From a virus (taxonomy: Duplodnaviria; Caudoviricetes), in the IMG/VR virus record IMGVR_UViG_3300011115_000168, positions 1 to 62,227 of that record: DNA of 62,227 nt; one strand, given 5' to 3'. Below, in pieces: positions 32,628 through 42,418 of the stretch. The translations under genes were made by a program, and so were the position numbers. The notes beneath the pieces are model-generated. The model was given only the letters and a program-made list of their open reading frames with translations. It was not told where the DNA came from and did no database searches. How positions within the stretch are numbered: the stretch's first letter is position 1; the number at the start of each line of letters is the position of its first letter.

Positions 32628-35475
32628 AGGCAGCAGTGGCGGTGGGCAACCCACGCAGACTAGCAGTAATGTAACGAACACCAACGTACCTGAGTACGCA
32701 CGTCCGTATGTGGAGAACATGCTGTCGGCAACTCAAAGCCAACTGTTCAAGATGGATGGGAGCAATATAAGTGGCTTCCAACCCTACAAAGCATACGGCG
32801 GTACATACGACGAAGCTGGCAACCAAACAGCCTACGATCCTAGCAAAGCAATTGCTGGATTTAGCCCCCTGCAACAAAGGGCTATGGACATGTCTAGTGG
32901 GCCTGAGGGGTTTGCACAGAATGTGGGCGGCTACATGTCGCCCTACATGCAGAACGTAACGGACATTCAGAAACGTGAAGCCGCCCGTCAGTCGGGCATT
33001 CAAGGAATTCAACAACAAGCCCAAGCTACTCAGGCCGGTGCGTTTGGCGGTAGCCGTGATGCTATTCAACGCGCAGAACGCGAACGCAATCTTGCCCAGC
33101 AGATGGGTGATATTCAAGCGCAGGGTTCACAAGCTGCGTTTGCCAATGCACAAAATCAGTTCAATACCAACCTTGGGCAGATGAGCGCTGCTGGCGCACT
33201 CCAGCAGCAGAACCAACAGCAGGCTATTAATCAGTCCATGCAGGACTACGCCAACGCACAGCAGTACCCGTTGATGCAGTTGGGCACAATGTCTAACATG
33301 CTACGTGGCCTGCCCATGCAGGCTCAGACTACCCAGCAGTACCAAGCACAAGCTAACCCCATCACGCAGGGCATTGGTGCTATTGGCTCACTAGGCTCCT
33401 TAGCGCAAGTGAAAGCTGAAGGCGGTGCTGTTCGTAGCATGGCCTCAGGTGGCATTACGTCCATCCCCCGCTATGACGTTGGCGGCGCGGTAGTGAGCCA
33501 ACTTGCAACCATGCCCGATGAGGCGTTGAAGAAAGAGGCTATGGAGTCTCCTAGCCCCCGTGTTCGTGAGATGGCTGCAGCGATCCTCAAGCAACGCCAA
33601 GCTGGCCTAAATGCAGAGCCACAGATGGAAACTGCTCCTCAAGGCGTGGGCCCCATGGGTGTGGACTACAACGCCAACTACGCTGGCGGTGGCATCATTG
33701 CGTTTGCTGATGGCAAGAAAGTCGATGCAGAAGAGGCAGCGCGTTTGGCTAAGCAAACGGAGATGTACATAGCAGGGGCCAAACTAGCCGCTGATCAACG
33801 CGACGCTGATAGGTTAGAAGCCCTAGCCAAACAACCTGCTTCTAAAGGTATTCCCGCACTTCTTGATCGAAATGCCCCTGCATATACAAGCGCTAGCGCT
33901 GCAGCACCGGGTCAAACTCTTATTCAGCGTCAACCTAATGAGTCCTTTGAACAGTTTAGGCAGCGGGAAATTCAAGCACAAACTGCTGCCCAAGCGCAAA
34001 GAGCTTTAGCGTTACAAGATCAAACTGAGAAAGAACGCCTTGCAGAACTAGCTAAACGCAGAGAAGCAGGGCAGATACCCGCTCCAAGTCCTTTTGTAGA
34101 TGCTACTAAACTTCCTGATGTTGGTTCAGCACGTAAGAAGACTCTATCGCAAGACGAAATGCGGGCAGCGGCAGCAAATACAGCGAATAGCAGTGGCATA
34201 AAACCCTATGTTGGCCCAAGCGGTAAAGCTTCAGAAATCTCTACTCTGCTGCAAGGGGGCCGTGAGCCTATTGGCATAGATAGCGTAGGTACTACTGCTG
34301 AGAAACGCGCCCCCGTTGTTACTGAAAAACGCGCCCCTGTTGTAGTTAAAGAAGCCGCCGCCCCAGTTGTTGTAGCTAAAGCTCCTCCCGCGCTTCTTGA
34401 TAGAAATGCTCCGCCCTATACAGGCGTGGCTGTTGAAGCTGCGCCTACGGGGATTGCTGCTGTTGATCCGTTGGCTGATTCAAGGGCGACTCTTAAAACT
34501 CTTCAATCCGAAGCTAACAAGACTCAAGAACAAATCTACAAAGAAAACCAAGCGGCGTTGAAAGCGCAAGGGCTTGACACCTCTGAGGCACGCGACCAAT
34601 ACATGAAGGCTCAGCAAGCCCAACGCGCTGAGACCGAGAAGAGCTTCCAGAACCGTGAGTACCTGCGCCGCGCTGCGTTCTTTGCTAAGTGGGGTTCTAC
34701 GCCCGGTAACACTCTGGTTGCTGGCATGTCGGCATTGAAAGAAACAATTCCTGATGTTATCCAAGACGCCACGGAAAAACGTGCGGCGTTGCAACTGGCA
34801 GATAAAGCTATCTACGAATTGGGCGAAGCCGTCCGGTTGGAGAAGCTTGGCATGTGGGAGAAAGCTGCTGCACAAAAACTTAAAGCAGCCGAAACTGCAG
34901 CTACCTTGCAAGGCCAGATCACGCAAGCTTCGGCAAGCATTGAAGGTCATAGGATTAGCGCTAAGGGCACGACTGACGCTGCTGGCATACGCGCAGCGTC
35001 GGATGAGAAAACCACCGAAATGACTGCCTCTGCTACTAGATATTCTGCTGACCAACGTCTGGCGGCTGAAAAACTTTCTTCAGCAGCTTCTGCAAGGGCT
35101 ACAGCAGAGGCAGCGGCTGGTCGCCTAAATAAAGTTCAATTTGAGGCTATCAATAGAGCAGCGGAAAAACTTAACCGCCTACCTAGTGAAATTGAAGCAG
35201 TACACAGTAAAAACCCTGATTATGTGGCTGCTGTCAAAGCCAAAGCTACGGCAGAGCGGGTGCTTGCTAATAACCCTGACAGCGCGCCAATGAAAGCGCA
35301 ACTAGCTAACGCACAGAAAGTGATTAGCGGATTTACGGCAGGTGATAACAAGATACTTGGCGAAGCTAGACAAAGGCTAGAGGCGATGGAAAAACGCTAC
35401 TATGGCCCTGACTATGTTGCTAGCCCTGCTGCTTCTGCAGATGCTGACCCCCTAGGACTCAGAAAGTCTAAATAA
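32620..35475 (+). CDS. Internal virion/DNA ejection protein
   Basis: MGKGSSGGG start, Gln/Ala-rich, GAFGGSR, xxxGG motifs. Confidence 0.7.
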   Translation: MGKGSSGGGQPTQTSSNVTNTNVPEYARPYVENMLSATQSQLFKMDGSNISGFQPYKAYGGTYDEAGNQTAYDPSKAIAGFSPLQQRAMDMSSGPEGFAQNVGGYMSPYMQNVTDIQKREAARQSGIQGIQQQAQATQAGAFGGSRDAIQRAERERNLAQQMGDIQAQGSQAAFANAQNQFNTNLGQMSAAGALQQQNQQQAINQSMQDYANAQQYPLMQLGTMSNMLRGLPMQAQTTQQYQAQANPITQGIGAIGSLGSLAQVKAEGGAVRSMASGGITSIPRYDVGGAVVSQLATMPDEALKKEAMESPSPRVREMAAAILKQRQAGLNAEPQMETAPQGVGPMGVDYNANYAGGGIIAFADGKKVDAEEAARLAKQTEMYIAGAKLAADQRDADRLEALAKQPASKGIPALLDRNAPAYTSASAAAPGQTLIQRQPNESFEQFRQREIQAQTAAQAQRALALQDQTEKERLAELAKRREAGQIPAPSPFVDATKLPDVGSARKKTLSQDEMRAAAANTANSSGIKPYVGPSGKASEISTLLQGGREPIGIDSVGTTAEKRAPVVTEKRAPVVVKEAAAPVVVAKAPPALLDRNAPPYTGVAVEAAPTGIAAVDPLADSRATLKTLQSEANKTQEQIYKENQAALKAQGLDTSEARDQYMKAQQAQRAETEKSFQNREYLRRAAFFAKWGSTPGNTLVAGMSALKETIPDVIQDATEKRAALQLADKAIYELGEAVRLEKLGMWEKAAAQKLKAAETAATLQGQITQASASIEGHRISAKGTTDAAGIRAASDEKTTEMTASATRYSADQRLAAEKLSSAASARATAEAAAGRLNKVQFEAINRAAEKLNRLPSEIEAVHSKNPDYVAAVKAKATAERVLANNPDSAPMKAQLANAQKVISGFTAGDNKILGEARQRLEAMEKRYYGPDYVASPAASADADPLGLRKSK

Positions 35476-38400
35476 TGAACATCCAAGATATTCGGCAAAA
35501 GTACCCCCAGTACAACGACCTGTCGGATAAAGACCTTGTTGATGGGCTGCATGGTAAGTTCTATTCTGATATACCCGTCAATGATTTCTACCAGAAGGTA
35601 GGGTTCCAAGCTACGCCTGTGCAGCAGGGGGCAAAGGTCCTTCCTGACACAGACACGTCCAGTGATTTCATGCGGGGGATTAAAAACTACCCCGGACAGT
35701 TTGAGTCAATAGTTGGAGCAGGGCAAGCCCTAACAGGTTTAGCCGCCAAGAAACTGGGCTTTGAAGACACCGGTAAGAGCCTTATCCAAAAAGGTCTGGG
35801 CAAAATTGAAGAAGGTGAAGGCAGGACTGTATCTAAGAAGTCGGATGAGTTCACTACTGCTTGGGAAAAAGGCATTGGCACAGTCCTAACAGACTGGTTG
35901 CCGTATCAGGTTGGCACGGGCGCAGCTAACATCGCAGAATCTCTTGCTTTTGCGGGGCTTGGCGCTGGCGTAGGCGCGGTTACAGGGTTTGGTGCTGGCG
36001 CAGTTCCCGGCGCGGCGGCTGGCTTTGTGTCTAAGACCCTCGTGAAGCAGGGCATCAAAGAAGCTGCTGAAAAAGTCCTCAAAGAAGAGGGCAAAGAAGC
36101 TGCGCAAGCATTTGTTGAGAACGAGGCTAAAAAAGTCATTGTTGCAACGGCTGGCAAAGAAGCGTTTGAGAAAGGTGCTACTGAGTACGCCAAGGCTGGG
36201 GCTAAGAAGGTCGGCTCTTATGCTGGTACAGGGGTTCAGGCTGGCATTCATGGCGCTGGTGAAGTTGGTGGGCGCGCTATCCAAGAAGGTCAACAACGTG
36301 GTGAGACCATAGAAGACATTGACCTTGGTCGTGTACTTCCTATGGCAACAGTGCATGCCGTTGCGGACTTTGTAAATGACCGTATTGGGCTTGGTGCGCT
36401 CAAAATTGGTGACACAGCTTCTAAGTCCCTTATTGCTGAGATAGCTAAACGTGTTGGTATGACTGGGCTTAAAGAGACCGGTGGGGAAGAAGTCCAAGCC
36501 ATTGCAGAACGCTATGGCGCTAAGCTGTCCCTGACCGATGCAGAGGCACTCAAAGAGTACGTCAACACCGCCGCCGCTTCGTTTGCTATGGCAGTGGCTC
36601 CCGGCACGATTGGTGGAGTTAGAACCCACCTTGCCCAACAAGCACGACTCCAGCCCCCTACCGGTACAGAAGGCACGCAGACTGAGGCAGAAAAGAAAGC
36701 TGCAGCGGGTGCGCCCGCTATGACTGATGAAGAGTTCAACAAGCGGATGGAGGAGATTAAAGCCGCCAAAGTTGTTGAACCAGCCAAAGAAACTGCTACT
36801 ACAGATGTCCCCGACCTAAAAGGAACTACCGATGGCACTCAAGCCGCTCAAGCCCAGCAAACAGAAACGCAAAAACAAGAGACAACCTCAGCCGCAGATG
36901 TAGCTGCGCAAAAAACAGAGTCAATTCGCACTGCTATTGATGGAGCTATCAAGCAGGGGTACTCCCCTGACCAAGCGTATGAAGAACTGTTTAAAAATGT
37001 TGTTGACAAAGAGACCCTTACTGCGGCTAGAGAATATGCAGACAGCTTAAAACCCGTTGTTGCGCCAGAAGTCCAAGCAGAGATTAACCGGCGGCAGGCC
37101 AAGATAGATGAGCTAAGAGAAAACGGCGCTGCTGATGCGCGCATTAAAAAAGCTGAGGATGGCCTCAATACGTACAAAGCAAGCGTAGGCATTGAGGGGC
37201 CAGTGTTAAGCGCTAAGGCTAAGTTAACCCCTGCACAGGAACAAGAGGCTAAAGACACTGCTTTAAAGGACAGGGCTGAAGAAAAAACACGCCAAGCAGA
37301 TTTGAAAGAATCACTTGCTAGGTCAGAGCCTAGGTATGAACAAAAAAATATTCCTGAAAATGCTGAAGAGCTCTATAACGATACGCGGGAAACCGTAAAT
37401 GAAAAAATAAATGTAGACAATGAAAAGCGTGCGGAGTTAGTCAAACAACATGACGAGCTTGCTCAACAGTTAAAAGCAATTGAAGCTGAACGCGAAGCAT
37501 TGGATGCTAAGAGTGATGAAGCAAACAAGCAATTTACAACTGCAAAAAATGCTGCTGCTAGAGAAACAGCTAAGGCTCAAGAAGATGAATTTTTAAATCA
37601 AGCTGATGCATTAGCTAAGCAAGAAGCTGCTATCAATGAAAAATTAAAAAGCGCTGCGCAATCTTTGCAAGACCATGGTGTTGCGCAAAATTCTATGCCT
37701 GAGTGGTACAAGCTGACCAGCGATGAGAAAGACTTGTACTTTGGCTATATCAGCCGTAATACGCTTGAAGAGCATGGTAAAGCAGCACAAGCATTGCGTG
37801 AATACAGAAAGCAGAAGGGCTCCCGTGAAGGTGGCTATGGCAAGAAAAAAATGTCTGCCACGGAGCATCGGATAGCCCTTGCTTATGAAGATAACCGTGA
37901 GCATTACAGCAAACTGTTTCCAGTTAAATTTCCTCGTTGGAATGACCTGTCTGATACAGCAAAAGGTATTTTTCTACAAAAAGTAGTACAGACTACAGTA
38001 GACCCAATTACGGGTAAGACCACATACAAATACACTGGCGCTGGGCTACAGCAGGATGCGGCCTTTGCTGAACTTGGCGTTCACTTGCTTAGTGAAAAAG
38101 GCGGGATGGACAAAACCACCCGTGTTAAAGCTGAAGAGAATTTCAAGAAAATTCAACGGCGGATAGCTGAAGAAACTAAGCTCTATGAAGAGCGCAAAGC
38201 TAAGCATGAACGTGATCAGCAGCGTTGGCAGCAGATCATGGGTATATCTAATGAAGGCGTACCGGGTACTAGCTATGCCCGTCCATCCATACTACCTAGT
38301 CGTGTAGTGCAGATGATTAAAAGCAATAACCTCAAAGGCGTATTGCAATACCTACGCTTTTTGGGCGAGGTAAAGACTGACAATAAACCAGCTTCATTTA

Positions 38401-41400
38401 GCAACAAGATACTGAAAACCATTGCACAAACTGTGTTTTCAATGGATTTAAAAACACGTATTCAATACAGAGAAACATTGCCCGGCGGTGATTTAGCTAT
38501 ATACGATCCGGTAAAAGACACCATCTACGTTACCGCTGAAGGCATGACAGACCATGTGGTACTGCACGAAATCATCCATGCGGCTACAGTAAAAATCCTT
38601 AACCACTATACAAAAGGTGAACTGAAATACTTAACGTCAGGGCAAATTGAAGCCAGCAAACAACTCATAGACATTATGAATGCCACTAAAAATATAGTGG
38701 CTGGCGACGAAGGCGAAACCATGCGGGAACTACATCCCCGCGCGTATGAAAACATCTTTGAGTTTGTGGCCTATGCGTTGACTGACGAGCAAATGCAAGC
38801 TGACTTGGCTAACCCTGAGTTGATAGCGCAGCAGCAGATAGATCAGACATGGAACCAAGATACGATAGAACTTTCATCCATATTGCCAGAGAAAAGAAGC
38901 GCGTGGTCTGAATTTAAGCTGTCGATGGCAAAGCTGTTGAAGCTGGACAAGTTCCTGTTCGATAAAAAAGGCGAGCTTCGACCCACACAAAGAAAAAACC
39001 TGTTGATGGAAATATCAGCAGCGTTTGAGAGCATCCTTGCGGTTTCAACAGAACCTATCTACTTAGATCAGCTTGCGGCAAGGGGGGCCCAAGAGGCTCC
39101 AAGACAGGCAGCAATGCCGCGCACGGAAGACTCGTACAAGCTACCGAGTGATGTCGCACCCAAGTCTTTCACGCAGCATATTAGAGAGTTGTTCTTGACA
39201 CAGTCGGGGCACTCACGGCTTGAGTACTTCTTCCAGAACAAACGCGCTGTGTTGAGGAAGCTATCCGAGCAGATGGCTAAAGCTGGGGTTATTGTCTATA
39301 CGGGTGACAGGATCAACGACATCTATGGGCAAATCACTACCGCCGTGGCTGATGCCAAAAACTACTTTAATGCGTACGTCGATCAAGACCTAGAGGAACT
39401 TAACACCGCTGTGGGTAAGTATGCTCGTGCTGCAAAGCTGACCACTAAAGAAGCGCTTGAAAAATTGCATCCTCTACTTGAGGCCTTGCATGAGCCTGAG
39501 CGCCGCATGGTTAAGTATTTACTTACCGTACCGCTGACTCCCCAAGCAGATGCGCAACGCGCTGCAATTGTTGACGCGCTTGATACCCAAGTACTGACTG
39601 AGGCACAGGCAAAACAGCTAAGGGCAATGCTTGATGGCATTGTGTTTACAACCGATGCCCAAGGTAACCGTACCATCACTAACAACGTAGATACGCTGGG
39701 GGACAAGTACGACATAAATGCCCCTGAGTACAACGCTACGGGTATGACTAGAGAAGATGTTCAGAAATACACAGACATGCTGCGGGATGATCCGCACAAA
39801 GAAGAGTTTAAGGAAATTGTAGATGCCATGAAAAAACTTGGGGTGTCTACTGCCGAGTTGAACAAGATAGGCCACTATTGGTCACAGCCTGTTAGCAACC
39901 GTGTGGCGTTCTATGGGTGGGAGTATTACGTCCCACTGAAAGGCAACCCCCAACATAGCAAAGTAGATGAGCTACTTGATTTTGATAGCCAAGCAATGGG
40001 GCGTGAACTGCAAGATTCGTCTGGTGCGTTTGGTGGTCGTTTTAGCGTTTCGAAAAACCCCATCCTGCAGATGTCTGTGGATGCAACGCGCGCTGCAATC
40101 CGTGCGGGGCAACGCAACCTCACGCTTGCAATTAAAAACTCACTTGAGAAGAGCAAACTTAACCCTAACGGGCAAGGACTCATAGCAGGCAAAGTAGTAG
40201 ATACCATCCTCTTTAAAGAGCGCACCAACAAAGAAATCCTTGATAAGTACCGTGGCGAAAACCACATCTTCCATTACAACGATGATGGCACTATTGATAT
40301 CTTGCTGGTACAAGACAAAAACTTGCGTAATGCTATTCGGCAGACATTCAAATCAAGCAGCCCGTTGATTGACAAAGCCAACATGATTACCGGCCTGATT
40401 GCCCAAGGGCACACTCGGTACAACTACAACTTTGCCCCAATGAACTTTGTGCGCGATGCGCTGACAAATGCGTTTGTGATTGGCGCAGACATGTCTCCTG
40501 CTAAAGCAGCGCAGTACATCAAGGCAGTTGCTTCTATCGTAGTTAACGGTGGTATGTACAAAGCTATGACGGCGGCTCGATTGCTTCAGAGTGGTCATAA
40601 AGCTGACGTAGCGCGGCTTAAACAGCTAGGTGAAACCGATACGTTCTTTCAGCATATGTATGAGTTGACGGTTGAGCGCGGCGGCATGGTTACCCATCTG
40701 TCTGGCCTGTCTTTGAAGAGCCAATTTCAAGAATTGAAAAAGCAAATTGGCCCCTCTGGAATAATGACTAAGAAGGAGCAGTTTGATAAGTTTGTTGATA
40801 CGTGGACAAACATGTTTGAAATTGCCAGCCGTACCTCTGCATACATGGTCGCTAAGCAAGGCTACCTTGCTGAAAATTTAGCGCGTGGTATGGACGAAGC
40901 AACAGCAACGGAAGAGGCTAAAGCTCGCGCTGTGTCGTTTACTAAGAACCTTGCTAACTTTGAGCAGGTGGGAGAGTGGGGCAAGGCAATGGGTGCGCTC
41001 TACATGTTCTTCCGTCCAGCAGCTACTGGCGCTGCGCGTTCACTTCAATCAATCACTCCTGCGTTCACTAGCTTGCAAAGTGCGGTAGAAGGTCTACCCC
41101 CGTCAATTAAGAACAACCCCACGGCGCTGGCAGAGTTCAAGAAAAACTACGCTACGCATCAGAAGAATGCCAAGATAATGATAATGAGCCTAATAGCTTT
41201 AGGTTTCTTTGCCCACACCATGTCTAAGATGATGGCCCCGGATGATGACTTGGGTCGTAATACCGTAGATGCAGATGACATGGATAGGTGGACTCGTTAT
41301 GCGCGGTTCCACATACCAAACGGAATTTCTAAGCCACTAGGACTTGGAGAAAATGTTGTGTTCCAGATGCCATGGGGTATGGGGCTTGGCGCGTTTGCTG

Positions 41401-42224
41401 CTGCGGGGGCACAGTTGTCTGCCATGTACGATGGCAAAACATCCGTAGGCAAGGGCTTAGCCAACATCTTCGGGTCTATTGCGATGGACTCGTTTGTGCC
41501 TATCCCTGTGTCCAAGATGCCAATCACTGAGATGCCGTTGCAATGGATGCTGGACTCTGTAGCACCCAGCATGGCGCGTCCTGCGCTGGAGTTGGCCCTT
41601 AACAAGAACGGCTTGGGTCAAGCTATCCACAATGAACAGAGCCGTAGGTTTGGCGATGCATACACGGGTGGCGACAACATCCCCGAAATTTACAAAGATG
41701 CAGCAAGAGGCATTGCCAACGCTACGACTGGTGATTTTGACTGGAACCCCAACACACTGTATTTCCTGACCAACACCTACATGGATGGCCCCGCTCGGGT
41801 TATTGAGACTCTGTATGGCATCAATGACTTAGCGCAAGGGCAGAAGGGCTTCAACCCCAAGACTGACATCCCGTTAATGGGTTCGTTCTTTGGCTCCAAA
41901 GTGAACATCGATGCGCAGCAGTTTTCCAAAGTAGAAAATCAAATTAAACGCATCGAAGGCGTTATGAAACAGTTTGCTACCGACCCTGAGCGCGAAGCCC
42001 AGTACATGGAAAAGTATCCGTTCCACGAAGCCGTGGTTGAGTTTTACAACGTAGAACTGAATGGTACTTTGAAGGAACTACGCACAGAAGCTAACGAATA
42101 CCGGCTGGATAAATACCTCTCGGAAAAAGATCGCAAAGAGCTACTGAAGCTAAACACCATGCAAGCCAATATCGTGAAGAACGAGATGATTCAAGTGTTC
42201 AAGTCCTACGGCATCGAACCCTAG
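35475..42224 (+). CDS. Giant internal virion/polyvalent protein with zincin HExxH and LPD38-like C-terminus
   Basis: 2249 aa; VLHEIIHAAT...EFVAYA; last gene of the virion arm. Confidence 0.7.
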   Translation: MNIQDIRQKYPQYNDLSDKDLVDGLHGKFYSDIPVNDFYQKVGFQATPVQQGAKVLPDTDTSSDFMRGIKNYPGQFESIVGAGQALTGLAAKKLGFEDTGKSLIQKGLGKIEEGEGRTVSKKSDEFTTAWEKGIGTVLTDWLPYQVGTGAANIAESLAFAGLGAGVGAVTGFGAGAVPGAAAGFVSKTLVKQGIKEAAEKVLKEEGKEAAQAFVENEAKKVIVATAGKEAFEKGATEYAKAGAKKVGSYAGTGVQAGIHGAGEVGGRAIQEGQQRGETIEDIDLGRVLPMATVHAVADFVNDRIGLGALKIGDTASKSLIAEIAKRVGMTGLKETGGEEVQAIAERYGAKLSLTDAEALKEYVNTAAASFAMAVAPGTIGGVRTHLAQQARLQPPTGTEGTQTEAEKKAAAGAPAMTDEEFNKRMEEIKAAKVVEPAKETATTDVPDLKGTTDGTQAAQAQQTETQKQETTSAADVAAQKTESIRTAIDGAIKQGYSPDQAYEELFKNVVDKETLTAAREYADSLKPVVAPEVQAEINRRQAKIDELRENGAADARIKKAEDGLNTYKASVGIEGPVLSAKAKLTPAQEQEAKDTALKDRAEEKTRQADLKESLARSEPRYEQKNIPENAEELYNDTRETVNEKINVDNEKRAELVKQHDELAQQLKAIEAEREALDAKSDEANKQFTTAKNAAARETAKAQEDEFLNQADALAKQEAAINEKLKSAAQSLQDHGVAQNSMPEWYKLTSDEKDLYFGYISRNTLEEHGKAAQALREYRKQKGSREGGYGKKKMSATEHRIALAYEDNREHYSKLFPVKFPRWNDLSDTAKGIFLQKVVQTTVDPITGKTTYKYTGAGLQQDAAFAELGVHLLSEKGGMDKTTRVKAEENFKKIQRRIAEETKLYEERKAKHERDQQRWQQIMGISNEGVPGTSYARPSILPSRVVQMIKSNNLKGVLQYLRFLGEVKTDNKPASFSNKILKTIAQTVFSMDLKTRIQYRETLPGGDLAIYDPVKDTIYVTAEGMTDHVVLHEIIHAATVKILNHYTKGELKYLTSGQIEASKQLIDIMNATKNIVAGDEGETMRELHPRAYENIFEFVAYALTDEQMQADLANPELIAQQQIDQTWNQDTIELSSILPEKRSAWSEFKLSMAKLLKLDKFLFDKKGELRPTQRKNLLMEISAAFESILAVSTEPIYLDQLAARGAQEAPRQAAMPRTEDSYKLPSDVAPKSFTQHIRELFLTQSGHSRLEYFFQNKRAVLRKLSEQMAKAGVIVYTGDRINDIYGQITTAVADAKNYFNAYVDQDLEELNTAVGKYARAAKLTTKEALEKLHPLLEALHEPERRMVKYLLTVPLTPQADAQRAAIVDALDTQVLTEAQAKQLRAMLDGIVFTTDAQGNRTITNNVDTLGDKYDINAPEYNATGMTREDVQKYTDMLRDDPHKEEFKEIVDAMKKLGVSTAELNKIGHYWSQPVSNRVAFYGWEYYVPLKGNPQHSKVDELLDFDSQAMGRELQDSSGAFGGRFSVSKNPILQMSVDATRAAIRAGQRNLTLAIKNSLEKSKLNPNGQGLIAGKVVDTILFKERTNKEILDKYRGENHIFHYNDDGTIDILLVQDKNLRNAIRQTFKSSSPLIDKANMITGLIAQGHTRYNYNFAPMNFVRDALTNAFVIGADMSPAKAAQYIKAVASIVVNGGMYKAMTAARLLQSGHKADVARLKQLGETDTFFQHMYELTVERGGMVTHLSGLSLKSQFQELKKQIGPSGIMTKKEQFDKFVDTWTNMFEIASRTSAYMVAKQGYLAENLARGMDEATATEEAKARAVSFTKNLANFEQVGEWGKAMGALYMFFRPAATGAARSLQSITPAFTSLQSAVEGLPPSIKNNPTALAEFKKNYATHQKNAKIMIMSLIALGFFAHTMSKMMAPDDDLGRNTVDADDMDRWTRYARFHIPNGISKPLGLGENVVFQMPWGMGLGAFAAAGAQLSAMYDGKTSVGKGLANIFGSIAMDSFVPIPVSKMPITEMPLQWMLDSVAPSMARPALELALNKNGLGQAIHNEQSRRFGDAYTGGDNIPEIYKDAARGIANATTGDFDWNPNTLYFLTNTYMDGPARVIETLYGINDLAQGQKGFNPKTDIPLMGSFFGSKVNIDAQQFSKVENQIKRIEGVMKQFATDPEREAQYMEKYPFHEAVVEFYNVELNGTLKELRTEANEYRLDKYLSEKDRKELLKLNTMQANIVKNEMIQVFKSYGIEP

Positions 42225-42418
42225 CGGACACGCCAAGCGCGAACTCCTAAGTGCCCATCCTTATGGGTCACAAAGGACTTGACCAGTATCCCAGCGCGCT
42301 TGGCCCCGCAGTCTAGGGCATAGATCATCTCCGCAAAGCGAAGGGTGGGGATGAAGAAGCTGTCCCCAACCTCCATGCCGCTAAACGGGAACAGCCACTC
42401 AGGTTCCAGAATCATCAA
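42221..42418 (-). CDS. Small hypothetical protein
   Basis: FPF..MEVGDSFFIP...GVRAWRV; coupled to the primase gene. Confidence 0.7.
   Translation of the reverse strand: MMILEPEWLFPFSGMEVGDSFFIPTLRFAEMIYALDCGAKRAGILVKSFVTHKDGHLGVRAWRVR

Noticed and set aside
3883-42224. Stop-codon reassignment, introns or inteins
   Set aside because: Core genes are full length in the standard code, densely packed and of normal size
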